Origin: Sphagnum compactum
Lineage: Eukaryota
DNA: 64,000 bases
Direction: 5' to 3'
Assembly (NCBI GenBank): GCA_965153455.1
Contig: OZ234494.1
Location: 11,036,001-11,100,000 of the forward strand
The notes below the pieces were generated by a model. It did not search any database. It was not told where the DNA came from and was given only the letters and a program-made list of their open reading frames with translations. This document shows positions 41,752-54,200 of this stretch, piece by piece (within the stretch, counting starts at the first letter, position 1; every line of letters starts with the position of its first letter). The position numbers were made by a program, and so were the translations under genes.

Positions 41752-42127
41752 GGCCACAGTGAACCAGCACCCACAAGCGCACCATCCATTGGATGTCTGT
41801 TATTATTCAGCTGTGGATGAAGTTCAACTGAGTTAATATTTGGTTTCATCTTGGTAACCAATTCTGTGGGAGATTGGTCTCATACAAAAGCAGATAGGTC
41901 AGGAAATAGGCAACTTCTAGGTGAGTAGATGGATGGTTTATACATAGTTAAGGGCTGTTTTTACTACCTACTTACTAACAACCTGCTTGTTAGTAGGTAG
42001 GTTAAAAAAAGTAACTGAGAAAACCACCATGGTTAGATAGGAAACTGGAATCCAACAGAAAATTGTTCTGTAATCACTTACCATCCATCCTTCATGGTGC
42101 ACTGGTGGGTGCTGTTTTACTGTGGCC
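41752..42127. mobile_element. MITE with ~34-bp TIRs and a 9-bp TSD (Mutator-like by TSD length)
   Basis: Left end GGCCACAGTGAACCAGCACCCACAAGCGCACCAT; right end reverse-complemented GGCCACAGTAAAACAGCACCCACCAGTGCACCAT. Flanks AGCAAATTG / AGCAATTTG. Confidence 0.75.
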
Positions 42128-42986
42128 AGCAATTTGTGCAAATATATTGGGCCAAAACCATTTTCATTAACCAAACTGGCATGTTTTGTTTTTTCTTCAT
42201 TCAATTTTAATGTGCAGGGTCACATGTTGAGCACTATTGAGGATGCTCTAACCAACAAAATATATACCCAAAACAATCTCACACACCTACTACATCTTTG
42301 TTATGTTGTAGGAAGTTTCACGTGTAACTTTTTAAAGCTTAGTTTTCTGTACTCATCCCTATGTACCCCATGACACATCATGTGATTTTTCAAAAGTGAA
42401 CATGCACAATAAATTGTCATATGACTCATCTAATGACTCATTCCATGTGAACCATGCACATTAAATGGTTATATGATTCAGTTACAATGATTCAATTTGA
42501 TTTAATAAGTCACGTATAAACTATTGGGAACTAACTTTTTAGAACTATGACAAATAGGTATCACAAGTATTATTTTTAGTCAATTTTTTATATGTTCAAA
42601 AATTATTCCTTGATTATGAGTCATGCCATATATTTTCTTGATAATCTTGTTACATGCATCAACATCTCTCATTAATATAGATAGGATTTTGAATATTCAA
42701 GACACAAAATCCCCATAAAACTTTATTTTTAAAAACCATAAAATTTTTCCAAGAGGATCAAAGTTGTAAGGATATTGGGAGCCTGAGACTGAAAGCCAGA
42801 TTTTGTTGTGTCTGGTGGTGGAAACTCTGGTGGTGACCGAAAAAGGGTATTTTGTCATACCAACGTCCCGCCGAGGTGAAAATTTGTTCGTAATTTCTTC
42901 TCTGTCATGGTAGTTATATAAAGTGTCTGCTAATTTGGCAGAAGAATCTTGAAATAGCATAAACAAACCTTGTATGGTACCACTAA

Positions 42987-43287
42987 GGCCCGCTTTATAC
43001 TAGGAGTCAAGGCTGAAAGAGAGAAAAAAAACTTTTCAATCTGCCCCAAGCTACTAATAAATGCTGAACTTTATGGCCTTGTATTGGCCCCAAGGCTCAA
43101 AAAAGGATACCAACAAATTTTTGGGAGGCCAATTTGTAACCCCTGGGGCGCATGTTCGAGCATTTATTAATATCCTGACCTTAATGTGCTAGGATTTATT
43201 AGTAACTTGGGGCCAATTTGCAACCCAGAAAATGCTCAAAGGTGGCCCCAAGTTCTTTGGGCCCTTACTCCTAAAGTAAAGCGGGCC
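42987..43287. mobile_element. PIF/Harbinger (Tourist-like) MITE
   Basis: TIRs GGCCCGCTTTA..TAGGAGT / ACTCCTA..TAAAGCGGGCC. Flanks TAA / TGA. Confidence 0.7.
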
Positions 43288-43762
43288 TGAGCATTCTCTA
43301 AAGCAAACCAACTTCAGTCCCAGGGTCCCAAAATGGAAAAAATTAGGTCAAGTTTCTCTCCTCACATGGAGAACCTGGATTTAATTCAAGGATAAGACAT
43401 TCCAAATCTTTAGGGTTTTTAGTTTTTTTAACCATGGTACCAGCCTAGGTACCGGTTCCCCTTTAAGAGGCCCATAAGCAAACAATTCATTGAATCACCT
43501 GATAATATAGTAAAGTTCCACACTCCACAAAAATAAGACCCACCCAAAATAGTGTAAATTCAAGGTAGTTATGGGTGTTCAATAGGCCTCCAAGACAAGA
43601 CAAAAAGGAAACTATTATTAGCCCGAGAAAACTAATCCTAGCCCACAGTCAAATTACATCAGAGAACAACTAAGATTTAATTAATGGTTGTGGAGCCCAC
43701 AACCCACAACATGCCGGCCCACTTACAACAAGAAAAGAATGGGACAAAAATAGAGTGACTTA

Positions 43763-43977
43763 AGGTGCATTCACACCTAATGTTAAGTCAGTGTTAAGTG
43801 AAAATCGAGGTGGCATCTTAGGTGGCACACAATGTCAAATGAGTGATCGTTTAAAGATTAAATGAATGTTAACTTAACATAAAAAGTTTCTTAGTAGATA
43901 AGTTTATGTCCTAAATGACTAGCTTGGTGTTAAAGGACTTAATGTTATAGTCATTAACACCAAGTGTGAATGCACCT
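43763..43977. mobile_element. PIF/Harbinger (Tourist-like) MITE
   Basis: TIRs AGGTGCATTCACACCTAATGTTAA / TTAACACCAAGTGTGAATGCACCT. Perfect TTA TSD at 43760-43762 and 43978-43980. Confidence 0.85.
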
Positions 43978-44239
43978 TTAGTATTTAAAATTTTGCCAAA
44001 GAGAATTTCATTATCTTAAGTAACATAAGATAATATCTTGAATTATTTTTTTGAATGTTATAGTTGAATTGGACATATTGGATGTTAGAATTTCAAAAAA
44101 ACTAGAAATAGGGATGTAATTTGATGTCAATAGCTTATTATTTATTTATTTGTTTAATGGTTAGTTTTGATAATTTATTAAATGATGGGGTTTGATAATT
44201 TAATAATTTGTTAATTGAAACATTAAAATTCATTAGCAA

Positions 44240-45200
44240 GGTCTTTGTATAAATTAATGTGCATGATTCAATATTCGTGATTCTCAAAAAAACTCTTTAC
44301 ACAAATTAATATGCACGACACAATATTGGTGATTCCCAAAAAAAATCTTTACACAATTCATATGTATGACGCAATATTTGTGATTCTTAAAAAAAATCTT
44401 TATACAAATTAACGTGCATGACTCAATATTAATGATTCCCAAGAAAAATCTTTACTCAAATTAACATGCATGATTTAATATTAGTGATTCCCAAAAAAAA
44501 TCTTTGCACAAAGTAATGTGCAAGACTCAATATTGATGATTCCAAAGAAATTTTTTGCACAAATTAAGGTGCATGATGCAATATTAATGATTTCTAAAAA
44601 AATATTTGCACAAATTAATGTGCATAACTCAGTATTGGTGATTTTAAGAAAATTATTTACACAAATTAAGGTGCATGATGCAATATTGATGATTTTTACA
44701 AATACTAATTCCATAAATTAATGTGCATGATTCAATATTGTTGATTCTTAAGAAATGTTTTTGCATAAATTAACGTGCATGACACAATATTAGTGATTCT
44801 TTAAAAAAATCTTTGCACAAATTAATGTGCATGATTCAATATTAGTGATTCCCAGAAAAAACCTTTGCACAAATTAAAGTGCATGACGCAATATTAATGA
44901 TTTTTTTAAAAAATATTTGCACAAATTAATGTGCATAACTCAATATTGATGATTCCTTTAAAAAAATCTTTGCACAAATAAAGGTGCATGATGCAATATT
45001 GGTGATTCTTTAAAAAAATCTTTGCACAAATTGACGTGCATGACTCAAAATTGGTGATTTTTAAGAAAAATCTTTGTACAAATTAATGTGCATGACACAA
45101 TATTGATGATTCGTAAAAAAAATCTTTGCACAAATTAATGTGCATGACTCAATAATGATGATTCCCAAGAAAATCATTTGCACAAATTGATATGCATTTA
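44240..45200. repeat. Tandem minisatellite, ~52-bp unit, ~18 copies
   Basis: Consensus AAATCTTTGCACAAATTAATGTGCATGACTCAATATTGGTGATTCTTAAAAA. Period 51-53 (for example AATATT at 44477, 44529, 44580). Confidence 0.92.
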
Positions 45201-46749
45201 ATTATTTTTTTGTTTAATTTCTTTTTGTTTGTACACAGGTGAACATTTTAGATTAAACACCTTCATTTGATAAGTTTTTTTGTTATAATAGTATAGAATG
45301 TCATAAAATAAACTTTTGTGAAAAAAATTGACAAATTAATCTTTAAAAGTTTTGCCATAGTTTGCAAATGTATAAATTACGTAGTAAAGAAATGGTTGTG
45401 CCATAATATTATACATAGAAAATAAATATTTATGCAAACAAAAACATAAATATTTATAGTTATATAATAAAAATATATAATTTTGATCCTATATTTGTTT
45501 GTATTTCAAATAAACACCTTAAAGCACATGTAAAACATGATACCATGAATTTAAGCATAGGTGGATCATGAGATGTAAAAAGGGTAAGGTTCCTACTCAT
45601 ATTCTTAAATATTGAAAAAGATTTATGCATTATTCCTATGCTTACTGCTTAAATGTGAAGGATCTTACATCTACAAGTAGGCATAAATTTCCTTCCACAA
45701 ATTAAAAAGTAGTTATAAAAACCGTTTTTCCTACACATAACAATCTACATAAATTGAAGTGATAGGTTTTTAGGGGAAAAAACAATAAAGAGCCTATGTT
45801 AAATAAAACTATAAATCACAAGCAAGTTTCGAATCGAAACCATGTTTGTTTATTTACATAGTTATGAAAATCTATGTTCTTGTTTGTAAAAACATTTTCT
45901 CACATTTTTATTGTTTATATATATAACTAATGTGCCACACCATTCTCCTACCATGGACTTCACATAAATTATATTAAAACTTTTCAAAACTAAAATTTGA
46001 ATTTTTTCACAATTCTATTTTATAAAACTTTACATTCATACAACAACAACTTATTTCTATTAAGTGAAGGTGTTTCTAAAGGTCACACACATTCACTTAT
46101 ATACTAACCAAAAGGAAATTAAAGAAGAAATTGTCATGTGAAAATCAATGCACATTAATGTGCGAAAAACTTTTCATATGACTTTTACATGTTTAAGTCA
46201 AGCACATTAATTAAAACTATGACCAAATCATAATTAAATTATGAAATTTAACTAACAAATAAATCATCAAACTTAAACATTAAATAATTACATAAATAAT
46301 AGTCTAATTACATCAAGTTATAAGACCATATGATTTTGGTAATGTTGTCGTATGAAAACTTTATATTGCATAAATCTTTGTTATTTTGCTTTTGTAATAA
46401 AAAAATTGTGATACCATATTTCTTTGGTACGATTCATTTTTATAATAAAATTAAAAAATTCATTTACACATCATAATAAACATTGCCACAACACAAGCAA
46501 AATAATGGGCAAGGCTTTATGTTCATGATAGATATCACCTGGTACCTTCTATTGGGTAAAGCTCATGAGAGAGGGACCTTCCAAAATGCAAGGCCAGCTA
46601 CCACCTCATCCTAGGCCCTTTAGTTTGAGAAGAACCCAACCTTGGGGGCTGTACACTAGGACGGAAATTCACACAGAAATAAGAAAAGAGGGCAGAAATT
46701 TCCTCTGACTCATTTAAGAGGAATTTTTGAATTCAGATGGGATAAAGTT

Positions 46750-47270
46750 TAAACGATCCTATGTCCAGACGAAAGAAAAGGGGGAATTACACTTGGGCGA
46801 TAGAGAAAGGCAGGCGGGGGGGAGTGCCCTAGTCAGGGAAGAAGGCGGGGAAAGAAACGGCTGACTTAATGAGATGAGTAAAGGAAAGCCTTGTTGTGAA
46901 GCAGGGTTTAGTAAGCTCTCTGTGTTTGTTATGATTGAGTGGCAGCGCGGCGTCCGAGACGTTTTGTGAAATTTTACGCTGCTCACGCTGCTAGCCTACG
47001 ACTTGCACTGCTCTTTATTTGTGGCTTCTCCTACGGCCGCCTCTCAAAGCTTCCTGAGTACGCCATCTCCACTTCGGACTTTACTCATGTCTGGATCCAT
47101 CTCTTTCGAGTGCGTTCCGAATGCCCCGCAGTTTCTTCTGTTTGGTACGATCTTCCATTCTTGTTCTTGTTATTTTTTATTCTTTATCTGTGACCAAGGA
47201 AGGAAGGAAGGAATGTGGACGCACATTGTGTTGTGCTTCTTTTCTGCCTCGTGAAGCTGTGTAAGTGTGT
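46750..47270 (+). promoter_or_regulatory. Probable promoter and first non-coding exon of the Agenet gene
   Basis: GC/CpG rises after AT-rich intergenic DNA. Telo-box-like AGGGTTTAG at ~46903, pyrimidine-rich leader, and donor-like GTAAGT at 47261. Confidence 0.45.
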
Positions 47271-48241
47271 TTGTCTTGCCTTCATGTGTGAGGGATTACG
47301 CAAATTTTAAGGAGATTTTTCGACGGTGGACTTTTGTCTAGTTTCGGGCTTTCTTTTGGAGTCCTGTGCTCTCTAGATGCTTTTTTTCGCAAGGCGGTTT
47401 GCTTTCTAGTTTAGGGATCCTGGCTGTGTGGAGACGGCAATGTAGGCGTTCTTCTCTAGGAAGCTTTGGAGGCTGATTTTTTTGGTTTAGGTAAGGCTAA
47501 GTTCATGCTTGTTTACTCTCAGGGGTTTTGTTTGAAGATAGTTTGAGGTCCATTCCCCTCCTATCGCTTTTTCTCTCTCCTTCTGTCGTCGTCTCGATTT
47601 ACATGCAGTATAGCTGAATGATAAATATTTGGATCATGTTGAGTTTACGGTAGCGCAGTCCTCGATTTTTTAATTCGACTATGTATTCTCTTGGATTACT
47701 GTTCTGTCCAAGTCCAGTGCGGAGCTTTTCCGGTTGGCTAACTAGCTAGCTAGATACACAATTCTTTACAAGTTGTTTGCCTCCGACAAGCAATGCCAAA
47801 TTTGCTGGAAGAGGGTCTCTCCTGTGGAAGCTCTGTTTGGAATATGTCATTTGATTTCCATCTTTTGCATTCTCGCTTCAATGCAGGCTTCCTGTCGGTG
47901 CTAGCAGCCTGAGAGATGTGCAACCTGGAATAGCAGCAGCCAGTGAGGTAGCATCCAACTGGTGATTGATTATCTGGAATTTTAGGAGTGTTTTTGTTCA
48001 CAAGAACCACATTGTCTTTCGTCTTGGTTCTGAGAGGACTGCACTATATGACATGTGCTTGTCTTGCATGTTCTGTTTGGAATCTGCTCTGAATCCTAGT
48101 CTATTCCTTGCCTTGTAATGGTTGCTCATGAGAGCAAATGGTTGGTTTCTGTTGAATTGTTTGTACTGAAATAATCAGCATCTGTACTGTGATTTGTCAT
48201 ATATATGTGGCGTATTTTGCAGTGCTTCCTCGTTCTACAAC

Positions 48242-51200
48242 ATGGAGCATGTCTTTGAGGTAGGCAAGGAGGTTGAGGCAAGGTTCAATGAAATTGGCTA
48301 TCGTGGAGCTTGGTTTCGCTGCAAGGTATATTCTATGAGCTCAAGCATCTGTTTTTTCGACCATCGTCTGGAGAGTTTGTCTCTACTTCACCAATGTGCC
48401 ATGCTAAGTCATTTCAAGTCATCATTTGTGTGTAATATGTGACAGATATTAGAATCCAGAAGATCAGGCGAGGAGTGGGAGTACCTTCTGTACTACCTGG
48501 ACTTCACTGAAGAGAGTAAGTATATGGCATGCAGCTTATCGGCCTTCCTTTGCATTTGCAGGTTTTGTAATCAAGGAAAGGGATGTGAACCCAATGTATT
48601 TAATTGTAGTGAAATGCAAGGAGGCACCTACAGTATAGGGCGGGTGCTCAGTCATTCTAGCTCCAATAAGCATCAAAGTTTTAGTGTATACAGCACAATG
48701 GTGTTCTTTGGTGTCATGCTGTTTGGGGAGTAGTAGTCATGTTGTTGGTGGAGAAGACTCTCTGAGAACATTTTTATGTGTGCAGATTGTACTTGGACGT
48801 GTGCCTGTGAACCAGATCCAGTTTCTGGACTTGCTAATAAGAAGAATATCAGATGGATGATTCGCCCTCCAATGCCTCTGACACTGGACGAGATTGAGTA
48901 CCAGCAATGGAAAGAGCCTGGGCTTGTGGTTGTTTTCAACAAGGATTACAGGGTCGGTGACATGGTTGATTGGTGGCATGATTCCTGTTTCTGGACTGGT
49001 CGGATTCTGAGCATGAATGCAGCTAACAACAAAGTTCAGGTGAGAGAACTCACAACTGCTACTTGAGATGATGTTTTTTATAATGGCCTGGAATTCTGTG
49101 ATCTCTATTCTTGAATCAATGCTGAATACCACCCATTTTGATGAAGCACACCTATCATTATCATGAACAGCTGCAAGTGGAGTTACATATCTTGTAAACC
49201 AGGTGGGAGGTGAATCAAATGGACATTGTCTCTAATGGTTTGGAGTGCTGTGTGGAGCTGTGCAGATAACCTTGCTAAATCCACCACAAGGGGAAGGAAA
49301 GAGATATTGGGCACATCCAAAGGATCTTCGCCCAGCCTTAGAGTGGACTATGGAATCTGACTGGATAGCAGTGAAGCCTCTTTTGGCAGAGGATGTAATG
49401 TGGTCAATCCTGATGCCCCTTGCATTCTTGGTCCATGATTCTTTGTACTTTTATTTTCTAGTGTCTTCTGCAAAATTCATTCCATAGAGGTACTTGTTGT
49501 GTGCTGACACATTTGAGTTGGACTTGTTTGTTTGTCAGGTTCACAGACGTAGATCAGTAAACCCTCGGTGTGGTCAGCCACATGTGCAGTTGTTGGATAA
49601 ATCCTCAGGAGCTTCACTAATTGTTGCAGTGTCAGCTGCACATTTTCAAGGTACTTGCACTTTAAGATCTATGCATTGGCAGGCATTAAGGGTATCTTTG
49701 CATTGGTCACTATTTTGTTCTGGCTTTCTCATATTTTGTGCTGGGTCATCTGGCCACAATCCTGAAGAAATCACATATTCTTACTATGATTCGATCTGTG
49801 TCTAGATTCTACGATAGAGGATGTAAGCCTGCGAAGTCAGAGGTGTCATCAACCAGCCCAAGGACCGACCACTGAAGGTTCTGTTATAGGGGAAGCTAGC
49901 AGGGAGAGATGTAGCTGGAATGGACCCACTGGAGAACTGAACATAGCTGTTGAGCCAGCAAAACAGTCCATGCATGCTATACAAACAAGTGCAAAAAGGA
50001 GGTACAGAGTCAAGAAAAAAAGAGAGACCACAGGAGAACTGAACATATCTGTTGCGTCAGTAACAAAATCCATGGATGCTATACAGCCAAGGGCAAAAAG
50101 GAGGTACAGAGTCAAGGAAAGAAGGGAGACCACAGGAATAACTACTGGGAATGCCACAAAGGAAAAAATTCAGAGAAAAAGGAAACGAGTGGTTTGCAAG
50201 GAGGATAACACAATTTGTGGAAAGAAACAATTTTGCAGGACATGGACCCCTAATCTCAGAGAGCAGAATGGAAAGTCTTCTGAGGACCCTGAGATAAGGC
50301 AAAATTTGGAGCAAGCTAATGAGCTCATTGCATTAAACACAAAAATGTTCAGTGCCCCATCAACCCCACAACACGAGGAGGTACGGGACACAGGGAAAAT
50401 CTGGGAAAGCGATGGGCATCCTCAATCAGGAGACACCAGCATGGTATCCGAAGAGGAGAAGATGATTCCAGAAAAAAGTGGAGAAGCAGATCCTGTTCAG
50501 AACGTTCTAGTTGAGGTACAGCTATTAGCTCTGGTTGTATTTGATGTTCTCTTTAATTCTCTGTGCAGAACAGTGATGGTAAAGTTTACCAGATGAAATG
50601 TGTTGTCTGATGATTACTTTATTCTGCTCATGTGGCAGTCCAGTGAAGCTCGTGACGAGAAGGTTGCACTGGAAGGGAAAGAGAGCAATTTTACAGTTTC
50701 ATCAGGCTCACCAAAGGAGCAAGATTGTCAACACCAAGAGGGACAGATGTGCAATGAGGGGGTTGATGTTCTGGATCTGTGCAAGGATGTGAAAGCAGAA
50801 GAGAGCAGCATAAGTACGGAGGTGGGCGAATTGGTCTAATTGATAACTTCTCAGTACAGTTACAGCCTTGCCCACCTTGTGAAAACTGTGTTCTCAGGGA
50901 ATTCAAATCTTTGCACTGCAGGATGGAAAGGAAAGACCAGTACAAGTCATGGTTGTGTCTGAAGGAGAGCAAGCACAAGTTGCTGATGAGAAGACCAATT
51001 TGACCAGTAAGTGCCATCATGAAGCTTAACTGTGATTAGAAGTGGAATATACAGTTTTAAGCATCACATTACGCATGTCAGTTTACTGGTCCAAAGCACA
51101 TACTATGTGTTGGTTGTGAGGAGATTTTTAAGTAGTCCTGGACTCTGATCTTGATCACTATTATTTATTGTAAGAGAACCGTGAGCCTTGTTATGTTATT

Positions 51201-54200
51201 GCAGTAGCACGCAGTGAAGGACTAGCGGAAGCAGGTGCAGCTGCAATCAGAAAGTTCTCTTTGATCGACTTCCCTGAGGAGCTTTATGACTTGGAGCGAC
51301 TGTCAGTGCGAGTCCAATCCATGAGAAAAATTTTGAGACGAAAATTTGGGGGAAAACAGAAGGACCTTATATGGAGAGTAGAAGGGGTTACAGGGAAGTA
51401 CAAAAGCACTGGTGCAAAGTCTTGTGAAGCTGTTGGAGTTGTTCGAGATCAAGAGAGCTCTAAAAATTTACCTCCTGTGCCGCTCGTTCATGCAGTCCAA
51501 TCAAGTGATCAAGAGCATACTGCAGACTTGGCTTTTGTAAAACCAGCATCTGGAATTGAGTGTCATATGATGAACTCCAACAAGATCATCCAAGGACAGT
51601 CAAAGGAAGAGTCCATTCAAGAAGCAGAATTGGAGTTGTTGGAACCGCTATCCTGTCAACCCAATGCCTCTGAAGCCACTGCACAAAAGCAGGAGAATTC
51701 TGATACAGGGGGGCAGCTGAAGCAGCAGAGGCAAACTGAAATTGATATTACTGACTTGGATATGGGTGCTGATGCATTTAGAGATAGTAAGAGCCTTCTG
51801 TCTTGGAATTGCACAATATGATTAAGAAGTTGGATTGATAACCTTAATGGTGAACTGAACCTGTATGTCATAGATTCTATTTGTTTTGTACCACCAGCAG
51901 CTTAATTGCATTTTTGTGAACAGAGATGAAGTCAACTGAAAATGAATCGTGACATTCTCATGTACTTCTTGCATACATGGACAGGATTTGGGGAACTCAA
52001 AGCCAAATTTGTAGAACCTGTGGCCAGTGCCGGAGAGCAAAGCAAGGGAGACAGTTTGCAATGTCCTGGCATCAAATTGCAGCCAAATGGTGTTGGGTCT
52101 GTGAAAGCATACTCACAGGGAGAAGCTGTGTCAATAGGCAATTATGCCTCAATAGAAGCTGGTTTTGCATATGAGAGTGCAGCTGGACATCCACCTTTCC
52201 CTGTAGCAGGAACAGATGCCTCTTCAGGACCAGTCACAAACTTGGATCCCTCCACCAGGTGTGTCTGGTTTTTCTATCTATGCTGCTTGTTCTTCGATTC
52301 CTCATCAATGTCTGACTTCCTGCTCTACACCCAACTGGTGTAGACAAACGGAGGGGTTTAGGGTATGACAAGCTGTTGTCTGCAGGGAACAACAGAAGCA
52401 TGTTAGATCTCTGAAAATAGGGTGAAGTGACAAAAGCTCATGTTTGAACTGGGGTGAGGCCAGCCCTAGGAGTACTGTGAATCTTTTCTAGTATCTGATG
52501 ATTTGTGATGTGTGAGCCTTAGCTTGAAGGTCTGCAAAATGGTTGGATAACATACGAGCATTTATATTGTACATAAGAAATGTGTATAAGAGGAATTTTA
52601 TGTTATGGGATAGCAGTCTAACAGGATATACCCTGTGCAAGAAGGAAAATGTCTATACTGCAAAGGGAATTAATCTAGTATATATGATGTTATATAGGAA
52701 TTGGAACATGTTCAGAACATAGAATTGGATACTAGCAGCACTTCTCCAGGAGCTAATTTGCCTGCAAATTAATAAGTGGAACTGTAGTGTTCCTTTGATG
52801 TTTTCTGTTTCTGTATTCCCTTGTCCATCTATACTAAGATCTTGGCTCCAGACATTGAAAAATCCTTTTCCTTCACCTACTTGTTGAATTGCACCAGCAC
52901 CAGGTATGAAGATAGACAAGCAATATTCAGGGCTGTAATTGAAATTAAGTGTAGCTCTGTTGGTCAAGAAAAAATTAAGCTTAACTATAGCCCACATGGG
53001 GTTTAATGTTTGCCTGATTATTATGTCTGCAGGAGAAAGGATCCAAAGCACAAAGAGACTATGGGTCTGCATCCTACTGCAGCACAATTTGGTCTTGATG
53101 CAGCAAACTCAAGTATTGATGTCACCATAGTCATAGAACCTTCACCAATTGCACAGGGAACTCACACTGGTCCAGAGGGAAGTTCACATCTGAGATGCAA
53201 TGAAACAGCTGAGAGACAGACATCTGTTTGGACTGTAGAAGAAGAATTAGTCTCCGTGGCCAATAGGACGGGTAAGCCTCAACCAGATGAATCTGGTTTG
53301 ATATTTGCTTGTTCAAATAGTAAGAGCGTTGCTGATGCCACAAAACCTGTAGTATTGCACACGTCTAGTGAATGTGATGCAGTGCCGAAAGATGTCAGTG
53401 CCTCCAATGCAACTGGACTGGAAACTCCTCCCTCCTTAGACCTTATCAAGATACAAACTTTTCTTGATTCCATCAGAATGACAGGCTTTGCAACCATGAA
53501 AGAAACAGAGGCTGCATACCAGGCACGCAGAACCTTGCTCCAAACTATATTTTGCACCATTGATGACAGTGCAGAGGGTATGGACAGCATTGCTGGTGCT
53601 GATATGCTTGTGTTTTTTTCATCATCAGTATCATATATTGATAGTGACACCAATGGTAGTAAGGTTATCCTGCGGTCTCGTTCTGGGCAAAGGACAAGCA
53701 AGTATGAGTCAATTCCTATTGGCCTCTATAAGACTCTAGAAGAGGCAGAGGCAGCATGCAGAGCCATCTCACACTGCAGAAGGGAACTGAAGAAGTTTGC
53801 TTCCCTCAGTGGATTGCTCCAGGTATTGTTTTGAATGTCCATTTTCTGTGTATACTCATGTTGGAGCACGTCTGCTAATCCACCTCTATCCAAAATCATC
53901 CTGACCTGGTTTCTGGGCTTTTAATGTTGCAGGTGGTCAATCTGCCACAGATTGCAGGGACTGCATCAATTCTGAAGCCGGAGGCTGTTCCACAAGTCTG
54001 GAGACCTTGTACTTCAGATTCTACACTCCCTCCTACAATAAACCATGGACAGTGCAGCATCCAAGCTAAAGCTCAGCCTTCTAGAGCAATAATCACACAA
54101 GCCAGCGTGCACTCTCCAGGAAATGCAAAGGCCATCATGGGAAACAGGCCTTATCTTACTACATCAACAACTGTCCAAACCAGCAGGCAAACTGAAGCTT

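Noticed and set aside
44240-45200. CRISPR-like appearance of the regular palindromic repeat
   Set aside because: Units are contiguous with no unique spacers, there are no cas genes, and the context is eukaryotic.
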